Of a stretch of 64,000 bases of DNA, positions 1 through 12,000 are shown one piece after another. Both the position numbers and the translations under genes were made by a program. Origin of the DNA: Lingula anatina (Eukaryota; Animalia; Brachiopoda); assembly GCA_051362555.1 (NCBI GenBank), contig CM120640.1, forward strand, positions 38,790,788 through 38,854,787. Reading direction: 5' to 3'. Position 1 is the first letter of the stretch; every line of letters starts with the position of its first letter. The notes under the pieces were generated by a model. It ran no database searches, was not told the origin of the DNA, and saw only the letters and a list, made by a program, of their open reading frames with translations.

Positions 1-3000
1 ACTGTCTTTTTGACGCATGATCTCGGTCAGTTCATACATGTGAAAATGTTTCTGCCACAAATTAGTAGCTAATGGATAATAGTCATTGTTTGGATTTTCA
101 AATATCCAGTTATCAAACACAGGCTTCAGTTGAAATAGGTCACCTATAGCCACAATGCTAACACCTCCAAACAGTCTGTCATTGTTTTTTAGTTCTTTTA
201 ACCGTTCATTGATGAAACTTAACATTTTACTCCCAACCATTGAAACTTCGTCAATAAAGAGAACTTTAAGTGATCCAAGTTTGTATCTGAAACTGTTTAA
301 CACATCAGCACTGAGTCTTTTATATTTGAGACTTTGATTTGCAGGAATTTTCAGTAAACTGTGAATTGTGTGGCCACCAATATTATAAGCAGCTTTTCCT
401 GTAGGAGCAACCAAAGCAACTCTAATTGTCCGGAAGTCTTCACCAGGTAAACTTGACAAGTACTTTAAAATACCTTGATACAGAGCACGAGTGACAAATG
501 ATTTCCCCACACCAGCACCTCCAGACAGGAATATGTGAAACGGATCAGAATTGGATTTGATTAAATGTAAAACATGATGGAAAAACTCTAACTGTTGTCT
601 GTTCATGTTTCTAATCATTTTATAGTAACTGATATCAGGTATTTCTTTATTAACAATTTCTTCTTCAGTGCAACTTTTGGCAGATACATGTATACCCAAA
701 TCTTCTGCCAAGTCATAGGACAGACCAACAGAAGATTGTACCACATCACTAGGTTCACACTGATCCACTTCATTTTGACACTCAGTATTTGGTGCAACAG
801 TGGCCCACATATCTTCATCTTCACTATCCATGTTATTTAGATCTTCCATTGCTCTGTGCAATTCATCTTTAGCTGGAGAATACATTCTCTGCTGTTCCCA
901 TATCTCATTTTCTAAATGTTGACATCTCTGTTCGTAACTTTCAAAATCTTGCAAAATGTCAGATTCTTCATTTCTCCATGGAATATACAACATCAATAGC
1001 TCACGGTAATGCTTTTCAGGATATAAACTCTCACTGAACCAAACACTGCGAATAATTTTTGCTTTTTTTCGTTTAATAATGTCTGTTTCACATGGAATAT
1101 CATGAATATCATCCTCAAAATTTTCAAGGTCATGCTTTTCCAATGGCATACCATCTGTATCTAATAATCTAGAAGATCTTTTCTTGCTTCCGCCAATAAT
1201 GTTCAAATTGTTGTCATAATATGCAGCAAAATCTGCAAGGGAAACATTGTCCAAGGAAGGTAAGCGCCTGCTATAACGTTTCAAAAGATTGCTGGACTCA
1301 ATATTGTCAGATTCATCTTCTAATTGTTTTATTTCTTCCAGTGGCTTAAGTAATCGTACTCTGTCTTCAGGGGGTGTAGTGTTAATGAATACAAATGATC
1401 TAGATGCTCTTCTCATGGGTAACTGTAAAGTGATGTAGGAAGCTTCTTGAGCAGAAATTTCAACATTATTAAGAAATTTGTTTCCAATGTGACGGACTTG
1501 CTGTTTTATGTCACTGTTACCTTCTCTAGCTTCTTTGCAAGCTTGATAAAGTAAATCTGACATGCCTCTTTGTCCTTTAGAAATGTAATTTACAATATAT
1601 GTTGCACAAGCATAGATGTCTAAAACAAACTGGATATCCATATTTGCTCTCCATGCTTGTAAACATGACCTGGAATAATTGTTTATCCAAATTTCACAGG
1701 GAAGTCTTTTTAAGAACAAAGTATCAGTTTTGATTGTAGATCTCACTGCCAAAATGTAATCTTCTTCTGAGACTTGTACTTTATTTAAAAATTCTTCAAA
1801 TGTTAGACTGACACATGTAAAATCTTTGTCATTTATAATATTATGAATCTTTGTCCAAACTTTTGCATATTCTTTCTTCTGTGAAGTATCTTCAAGGGGT
1901 TTCAGAATTATACTTTTTTTCATCGGAGGCTGTGGAAAATGGAATCTGCAAGTTTTTTTCAAATTCTTTATACATGTCCTTGTATGTTTGTGTGTCTGAT
2001 AAGATACAAGTTCTTTTATTGGATCATCTTCATTTGGTTTGCTACAGCAAATTGTGCTATCAACAAATTGTATGATGTCTTCATTAGAATTGACACCATA
2101 AATAGGTGCATTTTCTATCCAAAGCAGCATGTGAATATGTGGACTACCTCTGTGTTGAAATTCTACACGGTAAAAAAAATCTTGTATTTTACCTATTGGT
2201 GCTACTTTGTGGCACAAAAAGTGATGTATCAAACACTGCACTTGATAATCAAAATGCCGTGCACAAGTAATGGGATCGCTCTGAATCAAGCGACATTTTT
2301 CATCCCAGCTTAGTTGTTCTAATTCTGATTCTGAGTAATGTCTATTATCTACTAATTGACCAAGAGTCCTGAGTAAATGATTCCATTTTGTTTCAGCAGA
2401 AGAAAAACTGCAGAAAAAAGTTGCTGCTCCTAGCTGACGTATCATTGCAAATAAATCTTTTTTTGCTTTCTCAAAATATGGGGGGGAACCACGTACTCCT
2501 TTTAGGAATGTATAACCTTCATCAAAATGTAAAAGTTTCTCAATGGCTCCAGACTGTTTCAAATCTCCTGCAGTGAGTTTTTTTCCACTAGTTTTATGTT
2601 TTCTTACAGCAAGAGAAGCTGACCCAATCAATCTTTTCATCTGCAGTTTTTTTGCTTTAAAAAATATGTTGTCAACACACATTGCTGCTCTTCTGTCATT
2701 GCGTCTTAATTCCGACTTGCAAATGTCACTGTAGTGTACAGGGACAAGTCTGTTTTGATTTGCAGGCCTTGCATTGCCAAGAAATATTTCAGGAAAAGCC
2801 AGTTCCTCACAGTGTTTATCTCTGAATATGCTGAGTGGATGACCTTCTTGACCAGGTGCAAAAGAGTAAATTTTCTCTCTCTCTGTGTCTTCTAAGAAGT
2901 CTCTACCTGTTAACATTGTATCTCTTATACCAGGTTTCATTTCTTCCTCATCAATTTCGTCCCAATCTGTAATATCATTTGCCTGTAAGTATTTACTTGT

Positions 3001-6000
3001 ATCTGATTTAGCTTGTGTTACCTGCTTTGTTTGCAGCAAGTTCTTGTTTAAGCTATCAGCAGACAATGATGAGTCGCATACACTCTGCACGATATCATAG
3101 TGATCAGAGTTTGTATTTTGTAGGTAAATAGCTGTCTCGTGTGAATGATTGTTCTGGTCAAGAAAGTTAGCTGAATACTTTAACCATTTCCAAGAGTCAC
3201 CAGGCTTGCAGTAGACATAGATGTCCGTTTGTAGCAGATGTGCTGCAGCAAGTATTTCTGTTTCAGTACCCCAAACATTTACACTATCCATGCCTGTTCG
3301 TCTAATATAATTTGCTGAGGTGCTGTCATTATCACCTAACATACTACTTGCAAAAGCATACTCAAGCTGCTTCATATGACTGACGATTTTGTTTCTAAGT
3401 ATAATGTGATTATTATCATACAACATGTCAGAACCAGTGATGGTAAAAGACAAACTTCGAAAAAAACAATTTCCATCTCCAATAACTTTCTTCAACTGCC
3501 TAGGATTTGTCAAGAGAATATCACTACCAGTTTCAGGCCAATTGTGTGGACGCTTTAATGGTAAGTTTAGTTTCTCGGTTATTTTCTCTTGCCAGAGGGC
3601 ATCTACAGGCATAAAATGAAATGAAGTATTTTCAGTTCGTAGGTGTTGTACCTCAGTTTCAGATTCACAACATGTAGGTAATATATGTCTTTGCTGTAAG
3701 TATGATAACTCCTTTTGCAAGTGTGAAACATTTCTTACTCTGTGTCGAATTTTCTTTACAGTTCTGAAGTATCTCGAGTACCATGTTCTTCCTTGTTTTT
3801 TTCTTTTAAACAAACCATAATAACTCAGTTTCAAATGCTTATATTTTCTTAGAATATGGTGGCGCTTATAAGCAATGAGTTTTTCAATTCGTTCTCTACT
3901 AGAAGATCTGATTGCATTTATCTTCTTGCGATATCTTGATCTGCCTCTCTCTTGTGATTTGAATGCAGGTACACCTAAAATGTGTGGTTGTTTTGAAGAA
4001 CCAGTACTTTTTCTTTCACTTTGAATAGTAGCCACAAATTTGTCAACATCAACAGATGGATCATATTTATAAGGCTTGTCTAAAATGACATAGAATTCAT
4101 CTGCAAAATCACCATCCTGATCCATAAGGTGCCCTTCTTCAGAAAATTGAATGTTTTTATTATTAGCAGGGCATTCAACACAAACATATTCTTTCAGTAA
4201 GTTTTGTATTTGTTCCTCACTCAAGTTATAAATAGTTGTATGCTCTTTTTTTATTTGTTCAAATGTGTCAGAGCTGCAGGGATTTTCTTCTAATTTCCAT
4301 GTTGTGTCTACAGTTATTCCCTTTTCTTGATATAATTTTCCATTTGCAGTTAACCAAGCTGCAGCTTCCAGCACTTTGTTAGGTCTAACATTCTGAGCAT
4401 ATGCATAATTCTTAAATTTCACATTTCTTTTGAGCTGAACTTTAATTGTAGAACTATCTGCCTCAGTTCTTGGTAACTTTGTTACAGTGGATGTAACATC
4501 TGCTGGTATATTTACAACATTTCCTTCTAATTTGTATTGTTTTCCACGTGGAGCTTGTTGAAGCTTCATGAAAACTAACCTTGGGCTAGTTAATCTCCAC
4601 TCTAAAGGTTTTAAATCCAAGAAGCTGGGTTTTTCTGGAAATGACAGGCCATTCACCATAGCGCATGGAGGAATTTTGTTCTTTTTCAAATGAGAAGAGC
4701 ATGTTAAACATATCCAATTACTGTCAAATAAATCACCACTTTCTTTGCAATGTTTAACTGCATTATTTTCTAAATTCATGATAGACTCTGAATTTATCAC
4801 AGTATGCCTGTACCAAAGTTGTTGACATATACAACATGTGTAAGTACAACCTTCAGCAACTTTTTTGTGGAATTGTTGTATTAACTGTTGAAGATTGGTA
4901 TTGATTTTCTGTCTCTTATTACGTTTAGCAAATGAATCAGATTTTCTTTCATGTTTTCTGAATTCGGGATCCGATCTTTTTAACCTTTTTTGGTTTTTCT
5001 CAGTTTGTTGGTAATCAGGATCAGCCCTTTTCAACTGTTTGTGCTTTAAAATTTTGCTCTTCTCATCCATCTGAGAACGTTTTAGTCTCTGAGATTCTTG
5101 TTCACTTTTCCTATACTGTGGATCAGCCCTTTTCAACTGATTATACTTAAAAATTTTGTTCTTCTCATCGACCTGAGAACGTTTTAGCCTCTGAGATTCT
5201 TGTTCACTTTTCCTATACTGTGGATCAGCCCTTTTCAAGTGATTATACTTAAAAATTTTGTCCTTCTCATCGACCTGAGAACGTTTTAGTCTCTGAGATT
5301 CTTGTTCACTTTTCCTATACTGTGGATCAGCCCTTTTCAACTGATTATACTTAAAAATTTTTTTCTTTTCATCCACCTGGGAACGTTTTATTCTCTGAGA
5401 TTCTTGTTCCTTTTTTTTGTACTCTGGATCAGACCTTTTCAAGTGTCTGTGCTTTTGAATTTTCTTTTTAACATGGGACTGAGAACGTGTTATTCTTTGA
5501 GCATTTTGTTCAGCTTTCCTGTACTGTGGATCAGATCTAAGAAGTTGCATCCTGATTTTATTTTTCTCTCTTTTCAAGATATTTCTGTCAGTGCTACTGG
5601 TTCCCGTAAGTGAGGTATCCAAAAGAGTTTTACTCACTGCGTCAATTTTGCTTTGTTGTTTGTCTTCTGTCCATTTTAACTGCCTCTTCATTTCATCATG
5701 TAGCCTTTTCAAATGGGGTTTGTGCAAACTTGTTTTATCAAAAATGGATGAAATAGAATCAGAGGTAATGGTATTACCAGTGTGTTTTGTTAATGGTGCC
5801 TTATTCACTGAATCCATTTTTGAATATTGAACACTTTTTTCCAAAGGTTTTAAGGATGTTTTTAATGTTACCATATTGGGTTCATTTTTTTGAATTTCAG
5901 GAAAAACTACTGATTGTTGTGATTTTTTCTTTAATTTGTGGGGTACCGTTGAAAGCTTTGGGTTGACTGGCATGTTAGATTTTACAGACTTATCTGATGG

Positions 6001-6519
6001 TGAAAAATAGTCTGAATATATCATAAACTTACTTGAATGACCAGGGGCATCAGTGGCACTCAAACTGAAAGGATAGGCTGTGTCAACTGTAGCATCTGTC
6101 TCATCTGAAGCATCTGTATAAGCTGCATGAACAGTAACATCTGAAGCAATGGGAATCTCAGTGTGTTCAGGAAATTCAGTGTTTTCAGTAATTGCAGTAT
6201 TTTCACTTTTTTCTGTGATTTCAGTAATTTCACTATTTTTTTCAGTAATTTGTGTAATCTCAGTATTTTCAGTAATTTCACTGCTTTTCTCAGCAATTTC
6301 ACTGCTTCTATCAGTAATTTCACTGCTTCTATCAGTAATTTCACAGTTTTTCACAGTAATTTCACAGTTTTTCACAGAGCCCACCAAGGTGGGCGTGCCT
6401 GCTGCAGCAGGCACAATAGTAGACGTGGCAGTCTCAGGCACCCTCTTTCGACTTCTCTCCATACTTTTCTTCTGATGTGCCCTTCTTTGGGCCATGCTTT
6501 GTTTTTTCAAGCGAGGCAT
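1..6519 (-). CDS. Helentron RepHel protein, >2173 aa, 3'-truncated by the window edge
   Basis: Starts MPRLKKQSMAQ (ATG 6519). The same frame was checked at WICLTC..IPPCAMVNGL (DUF6570-like, ~4300-4720), GDGNCFFR..WG..HYD (OTU, ~3090-3490), VRGSPPYF, VEFQHRGSPHIHMLLW (HUH with the Helentron-type GSPH, ~2120-2165), YIVNYISK, GGAGVGKS (Walker A, ~500-525), IDEVSM, FGG..GDLFQLKPV and EIMRQKD (PIF1 motifs). The ORF track lists no ORF in this frame, consistent with no internal stop. Confidence 0.95.
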   Translation of the reverse strand, partial: MPRLKKQSMAQRRAHQKKSMERSRKRVPETATSTIVPAAAGTPTLVGSVKNCEITVKNCEITDRSSEITDRSSEIAEKSSEITENTEITQITEKNSEITEITEKSENTAITENTEFPEHTEIPIASDVTVHAAYTDASDETDATVDTAYPFSLSATDAPGHSSKFMIYSDYFSPSDKSVKSNMPVNPKLSTVPHKLKKKSQQSVVFPEIQKNEPNMVTLKTSLKPLEKSVQYSKMDSVNKAPLTKHTGNTITSDSISSIFDKTSLHKPHLKRLHDEMKRQLKWTEDKQQSKIDAVSKTLLDTSLTGTSSTDRNILKREKNKIRMQLLRSDPQYRKAEQNAQRITRSQSHVKKKIQKHRHLKRSDPEYKKKEQESQRIKRSQVDEKKKIFKYNQLKRADPQYRKSEQESQRLKRSQVDEKDKIFKYNHLKRADPQYRKSEQESQRLKRSQVDEKNKIFKYNQLKRADPQYRKSEQESQRLKRSQMDEKSKILKHKQLKRADPDYQQTEKNQKRLKRSDPEFRKHERKSDSFAKRNKRQKINTNLQQLIQQFHKKVAEGCTYTCCICQQLWYRHTVINSESIMNLENNAVKHCKESGDLFDSNWICLTCSSHLKKNKIPPCAMVNGLSFPEKPSFLDLKPLEWRLTSPRLVFMKLQQAPRGKQYKLEGNVVNIPADVTSTVTKLPRTEADSSTIKVQLKRNVKFKNYAYAQNVRPNKVLEAAAWLTANGKLYQEKGITVDTTWKLEENPCSSDTFEQIKKEHTTIYNLSEEQIQNLLKEYVCVECPANNKNIQFSEEGHLMDQDGDFADEFYVILDKPYKYDPSVDVDKFVATIQSERKSTGSSKQPHILGVPAFKSQERGRSRYRKKINAIRSSSRERIEKLIAYKRHHILRKYKHLKLSYYGLFKRKKQGRTWYSRYFRTVKKIRHRVRNVSHLQKELSYLQQRHILPTCCESETEVQHLRTENTSFHFMPVDALWQEKITEKLNLPLKRPHNWPETGSDILLTNPRQLKKVIGDGNCFFRSLSFTITGSDMLYDNNHIILRNKIVSHMKQLEYAFASSMLGDNDSTSANYIRRTGMDSVNVWGTETEILAAAHLLQTDIYVYCKPGDSWKWLKYSANFLDQNNHSHETAIYLQNTNSDHYDIVQSVCDSSLSADSLNKNLLQTKQVTQAKSDTSKYLQANDITDWDEIDEEEMKPGIRDTMLTGRDFLEDTEREKIYSFAPGQEGHPLSIFRDKHCEELAFPEIFLGNARPANQNRLVPVHYSDICKSELRRNDRRAAMCVDNIFFKAKKLQMKRLIGSASLAVRKHKTSGKKLTAGDLKQSGAIEKLLHFDEGYTFLKGVRGSPPYFEKAKKDLFAMIRQLGAATFFCSFSSAETKWNHLLRTLGQLVDNRHYSESELEQLSWDEKCRLIQSDPITCARHFDYQVQCLIHHFLCHKVAPIGKIQDFFYRVEFQHRGSPHIHMLLWIENAPIYGVNSNEDIIQFVDSTICCSKPNEDDPIKELVSYQTHKHTRTCIKNLKKTCRFHFPQPPMKKSIILKPLEDTSQKKEYAKVWTKIHNIINDKDFTCVSLTFEEFLNKVQVSEEDYILAVRSTIKTDTLFLKRLPCEIWINNYSRSCLQAWRANMDIQFVLDIYACATYIVNYISKGQRGMSDLLYQACKEAREGNSDIKQQVRHIGNKFLNNVEISAQEASYITLQLPMRRASRSFVFINTTPPEDRVRLLKPLEEIKQLEDESDNIESSNLLKRYSRRLPSLDNVSLADFAAYYDNNLNIIGGSKKRSSRLLDTDGMPLEKHDLENFEDDIHDIPCETDIIKRKKAKIIRSVWFSESLYPEKHYRELLMLYIPWRNEESDILQDFESYEQRCQHLENEIWEQQRMYSPAKDELHRAMEDLNNMDSEDEDMWATVAPNTECQNEVDQCEPSDVVQSSVGLSYDLAEDLGIHVSAKSCTEEEIVNKEIPDISYYKMIRNMNRQQLEFFHHVLHLIKSNSDPFHIFLSGGAGVGKSFVTRALYQGILKYLSSLPGEDFRTIRVALVAPTGKAAYNIGGHTIHSLLKIPANQSLKYKRLSADVLNSFRYKLGSLKVLFIDEVSMVGSKMLSFINERLKELKNNDRLFGGVSIVAIGDLFQLKPVFDNWIFENPNNDYYPLATNLWQKHFHMYELTEIMRQKDS
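5017..5535 (-). repeat. In-frame 102-bp (34-aa) tandem repeat in RepHel
   Basis: GGATCAG anchor recurs at ~5017, 5119, 5221, 5323, 5425, 5527; encodes units such as DPQYRKSEQESQRLKRSQVDEKNKIFKYNQLKRA. Confidence 0.9.
6165..6378 (-). repeat. In-frame 21/9-bp repeats (EITDRSS/EITEKNS) in the RepHel N-terminus
   Basis: Repeated TCAGTAATTTCAC on the plus strand; explains the spurious ORFs at 6060-6588. Confidence 0.85.
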
Positions 6520-8624
6520 CTAGAAATATATATAAAAAAATATATTATTTATTGGCTAAAAGTTATACATATCATTCAAGATGGTTGAAAGGGGCAAACT
6601 ATAATAGAAACCGAGAGAGTTGTAAACCGTTTCTTTTGAGTGCAACTGCTTAAGAGGCCCTTAACAAACAACCAAGACTAACAAGTGCACCCAAAATAAA
6701 ACATTATCAAACAAAAACATTATTTACTGTTGTGTTGATTCTGTAATTAAAGGTAAATGGCGATGGGAGTGTGCATCCCCAGTAATACATGTAATCCACC
6801 TCTACTAGTTACTTGTATAACAGAAATGAAGTTGACATGCCAATGGACAAAACAAATTAATCACTTCATCAACCATAAAAGAGCCTTAAACTATCTCATT
6901 TAAATTGATGGTTAATTTGGACTACTTATCTAACCTACTAATATTTATCAGTCCCATTTATATACAGCAGAGAAAGCAGACAGAAGAATGTATTCACATA
7001 TGCCTTTTGGTGTTGTTTTACAAAATGCTAGTTAATTAGAACATGGGGTATTTAGGTCACAGACCGTGATTAAAACCCCCAATGGATTTTTGGAATTTGG
7101 ATTTTTAATGAGAACGGTGCCTTAGATACAATGTTAATAATAACAATAATAATAATAATAGCCAAGTTTCTACTTCCAGCACCGAGCGGGTTTATATTGA
7201 GTCTGGTAGTTTTATTTGTCTTTAGATGCCAAAGCTCAGAAATGTAAATTAAGGGCATCAGGTATGCTCAGAAAAACTATTATTAAAGGTTTGTTTAGTT
7301 ATTAAGGTTAAATTGAAAAAGAAAAGAGGACTTTTGGAAGATGTTCAAACATGTTCAGACTTGCTTTAAGCTACTCTTTTTAAATATGAATTGATTTGTT
7401 ATTATCAAACTGTCAGAAAACAAGTGAAATTATTAAGCCACAGCTACTGAAAAAGAAGTGCACAATGATACATAACACTTTATATACAGAACATCTGTAA
7501 ATATCAGGTTGGATTTTTTACAAAGTAACTAAATTACAAGCTATTTACTATTGGCTTCCCAAACAGGTATATTAAAGAACAAAACATAGATAAGGGAACT
7601 TGGTACATTTGATAAATGTAAGTACTAATTACTTTAGTCAAAAGATATAAAATCAGCAGTCACAATTTGCACATTGAAACATGTCAAAAGTAAACAAGAA
7701 TAAAGTGACACCAGTTGAACACAAATTATAAGATTGCTGCACAGAAGTTGTAAAAGATTAAGAACAGTTACCAAATATGTCTGTTGTTTATCACATTCAA
7801 AAAGCTACTTGTATGGGTTATTAAATGAACACTGATCCATCCATTAAGAAATATTCAAATTGTTGATCCCCTTATGATGAACATAAACACTGTAATTAAT
7901 CTTCAAAGGGAATATTCATAATAAGTTATCTTTAGCTGACTTGGATAAATGCTGGGGAGTCTCTGCTTGGAAGCTTAATCCATTTATTAACCAAACAGTA
8001 CCCTTTTATATGGATAGGGGAAAATAACTGGTCTCGTGCTCAACTGTGGTATTGATGGTTACCTTTAACAATCATACTATGAAGTAAATGCGCACTAAAT
8101 TAAAAGGATATTTTCATTTATAAAAAGGCTGCTACTAGTAACTCATTCCCTCTGTAGGGATCTAGGTGATACTCTTAGCACAACAGTGTTCAATATGCTC
8201 ATTGTTGCTCAGGGTGACAAGTTAATTTAGCCCAACACTAATCTGGTCCCCATTTCTGTACCAAACACCTGTAAATTGCACATTTTAGACAGATGAACTA
8301 ATTAAGGGTCTATTATGTATTCAAAAGCAACCTTCAAATGTGAACAATCAGTCATGAGCAAAAATGGTGCAAACTTTTTTGAGCATTTTTTCATATTTGC
8401 AGAAACCAATCAGTGGATACTGACATTTTAGATTTCAGGAAAGTATACAACAGTATTATATTGAAATAATAAAAATTTCCATAAAGGCTTGTTGTTTCAA
8501 AATAACCAACCCACATATTGCCAACAATAAAGTATCTACCTATCTAAGAGTATTGCCTTGGTATGTACTTGGCTGCTAGTAGCTATCTAGATAAAGTGCA
8601 CATTGCTGGTACTTAGATGATCCT

Positions 8625-9009
8625 TTAAAGGTACATACGAACCGAGCATCGGTGGAGTGTGGATTCCCAGTAACAGATGTAAACCACTTCTACTAGATTC
8701 TTATATGACTCAAATAAATTCGACATGCCAAGGGAAAAACTGAATAGATCACTCCATCAGCCATAAAAGACCTTTAGACTGCTCCTTTCTGTAAATTTAT
8801 GGTTGTAAATTTAACCTACTTCCGTGACCTACTTTCCTGCCCCATTGACATACAGCTTAGAATGCGAGCAGAAAAATCTGTTCAAACATCATTTTTGGGT
8901 AAAATTACACAATGCCTTTTGGTAATTTTTTTAGTTATACTACTTGAAACGATATGCTGGCATTTGGTTGGTTTTTGTGACAAAAAATTGACTTTGTATG
9001 CATCTTTAA
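8625..9009. mobile_element. TTAA-flanked (Kolobok-like) MITE nested in the Helentron
   Basis: TTAA-AGGTACATAC...GTATGCATCT-TTAA imperfect TIRs. The related empty site (GATCCTGAGAC-TTAA-ATGACAAG) occurs in the adjacent tandem units. A diverged relative starts at ~6747. Confidence 0.7.
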
Positions 9010-12000
9010 ATGACAAGTATGTAAAACAATACTTACATTCTATTGCCACACTTATTATCCTGACAAGGTGCAATTGACTGACTGAGTAACTGACTAAGTG
9101 AGTAACTTCAACTGGGAACTGAAAATAGAAAATTATACAAACTCAATTGACTATTATTTAATCTAGCATTGATGCTCTTTATATCACAAACATATTCCTT
9201 TACTTTTCATCAGTTCCACATTGTTGAGAAACTATGGTTACTCAAAAAATATATGGCATATAATAATAATAATAATATTTATTTACAGTCTTAAATCCAA
9301 ATAAAATGTTCAGTAGATTTTACAGAGGTAAAATGAAAAGAATATGATCAATAGAGTCAATAATAAAAAATTGACAGTTAAGATAAAAAGATAATTAACA
9401 AGCAGATCCGCCAACTAAATAGGGCCGACCCCACTTTAAAAGTGATAGCGCTGAATCCCGAAGGTCTCACCGCCTCCACATGTGCCCTTAAATGGATTTA
9501 ACCTCGTGTCCGGGTTTAATTATTAGGCCCCTGCAGTAGTGGCGTGTGTGGGGGCAAGAAGACCGTTAAGGAATTAATGGCATTGCTTTTGAAGTGGGGT
9601 AAAACATTTAGTGGACGGATCTGCTTATCAGTGGTCCATCCATTCTGTTGCTTCAATAACCAACCCACATATTGCTAACAATAAAGTATTTACCTATCTA
9701 AAAGTATTGCTTTGGTACGGTAAAGTCTTGAAAATTTCGTCGTTCTTGAAAATTTGACTATTACGGTATTTAATCTAACACTGATGCTCTTTATATCACA
9801 AACATATTCCTTTACATTCATCAGTTCCACATTGTTGAGAAGAAACTATGGTTACTCAAAAAATAAATGGCATATAATAATAATAATAATATTTAATAAT
9901 AATAATAATATTTATTTACAGTCTTAAATCCAAATAAAATGTTCAGTACATTTTACAGTGGTAAAATGAAAAGAATATGATCAATAGAGTCAATAATAAA
10001 AAAATTGACAGTTAAGATAAAAAGATAATTAACAAGCAGATCCACCAACTTAATAGGGCTGACCCCACTTTAAAAGTGATAGCGCTGAATCTCAAAGGTC
10101 TCACCGCCTCCACATGTGCCCTTAAACGGATTTAACCTCGGAATAACCAACTAAAGATTAAGTTTTAGATCGACCTAACGCCCTGGGGGTTCACGCTAAA
10201 TTGCAGTCAGCCAAGCAGGCACCATAGTTAATTACCCCCTTACAGCTTTTAGTAGGTGGGACAGACGCGTAAGCCAGCCAAGCTGACAGTAATCTAGTGA
10301 GACTTCCCACAGGTATATATCGATCTAAAAATCTATGGAAATGGGGTGTAAGATGATCCTGAGACTTAAATGACAAGTATGTAAAACAATACTTACATTC
10401 TATTGCCACACTAATTATCCTGACAAGGTGCAATTGACTGATTGAGTAACTGACTAAGTGAGTAACTTCAACTGGGAACTGGAAGAAATAGAAAATTATA
10501 TAAACTCAATTGACTATTATGGTATTTAATCTAGCACTGATGCTCTTTATATCACAAACAAATTCCTTTACTTTTCATCAGCTCCACATTGTTGAGAAGA
10601 AACTATGGTTACTCAAAAAATATATGGCATATAATAATAATTATAATTTTTATTTACAGTCTTAAATCCATATAAAATGTTCAGTAGATTTTACAGTGGT
10701 AAAATGAAAAGAATATGATCAAAAGAGTCAATAATAAAAAATAGACAGTTAAGATATAAAGATATTGAAATATATGGTGCAATGTAAATAAATATATACT
10801 GTAGGTCCCATTCAAAACAAGATGATCCACCAACAAGCAGATCTGCCAACTAAATAGGGCCGACCCCACTTTAAAAGTGATAGCACTGAATCCCGAAGGT
10901 CTCACTGCCTCCACATGTGCCCTTAAATGGATTTAACCTCGTGTCCGGGTTTAATTATTAGGCCCCTGCAGTAGTGGCGTGTGTGGGGGCAAGAAGACCG
11001 TTAAGGAATTAATGGCATTGCTTTTGAAGTGGGGTAAAACATTTAGTGGACGGATCTGCTTGTCAGTGGTCCATCCATTCTGTTGCTTCAATAACCAACC
11101 CACATATTGCTAACAATAAAGTATTTACCTATCTAAAAGTATTGCTTTGGTACGGTAAAGTCTTGAAAATTTCGTCGTTCTTGAAAATTTGACTATTACG
11201 GTATTTAATCTAACACTGATGCTCTTTATATCACAAACATATTCCTTTACATTCATCAGTTCCACATTGTTGAGAAGAAACTATGGTTACTCAAAAAATA
11301 AATGGCATATAATAATAATAATAATATTTATTTACAGTCTTAAATCCAAATAAAATGTTCAGTACATTTTACAGTGGTAAAATGAAAAGAATATGATCAA
11401 TAGAGTCAATAATAAAAAAATTGACAGTTAAGATAAAAAGATAATTAACAAGCAGATCCGCCAACTAAATAGGGCTGACCCCACTTTAAAAGTGATAGCG
11501 CTGAATCTCAAAGGTCTCACCGCCTCCACATGTGCCCTTAAACGGATTTAACCTCGGAATAATCAACTAAAGATTAAGTTTTAGATCGACCTAACGCCCT
11601 GGGGGTTCACGCTAAATTGCAGTCAGCCGAGCGGGCACCATAGTTAATTACCCCCTTACAGCTTTTAGTAGGTGGGACAGACGCGTAAGCCAGCCAAGCT
11701 GACAGTAATCTAGTGAGACTTCCCACAGGTATATATCGATCTAAAAATCTATGGAAATGGGGTGTAAGATGATCCTGAGACTTAAATGACAAGTATGTAA
11801 AACAATACTTACATTCTATTGCCACACTAATTATCCTGACAAGGTGCAATTGACTGATTGAGTAACTGACTAAGTGAGTAACTTCAACTGGGAACTGGAA
11901 GAAATAGAAAATTATATAAACTCAATTGACTATTATGGTATTTAATCTAGCACTGATGCTCTTTATATCACAAACAAATTCCTTTACTTTTCATCAGCTC

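Noticed and set aside
155-6588. Short ORFs on the plus strand and in other frames over the first 6.6 kb
   Set aside because: Antisense or out-of-frame shadows of the long RepHel ORF and its repeats.
6750-8790. Possible hammerhead or snoRNA in the two related segments at ~6750-6900 and ~8630-8790 (CTGATGGAG..CGAA on minus)
   Set aside because: Core lacks CUGAUGA/GAAA with flanking stems; better explained as TTAA MITE copies.
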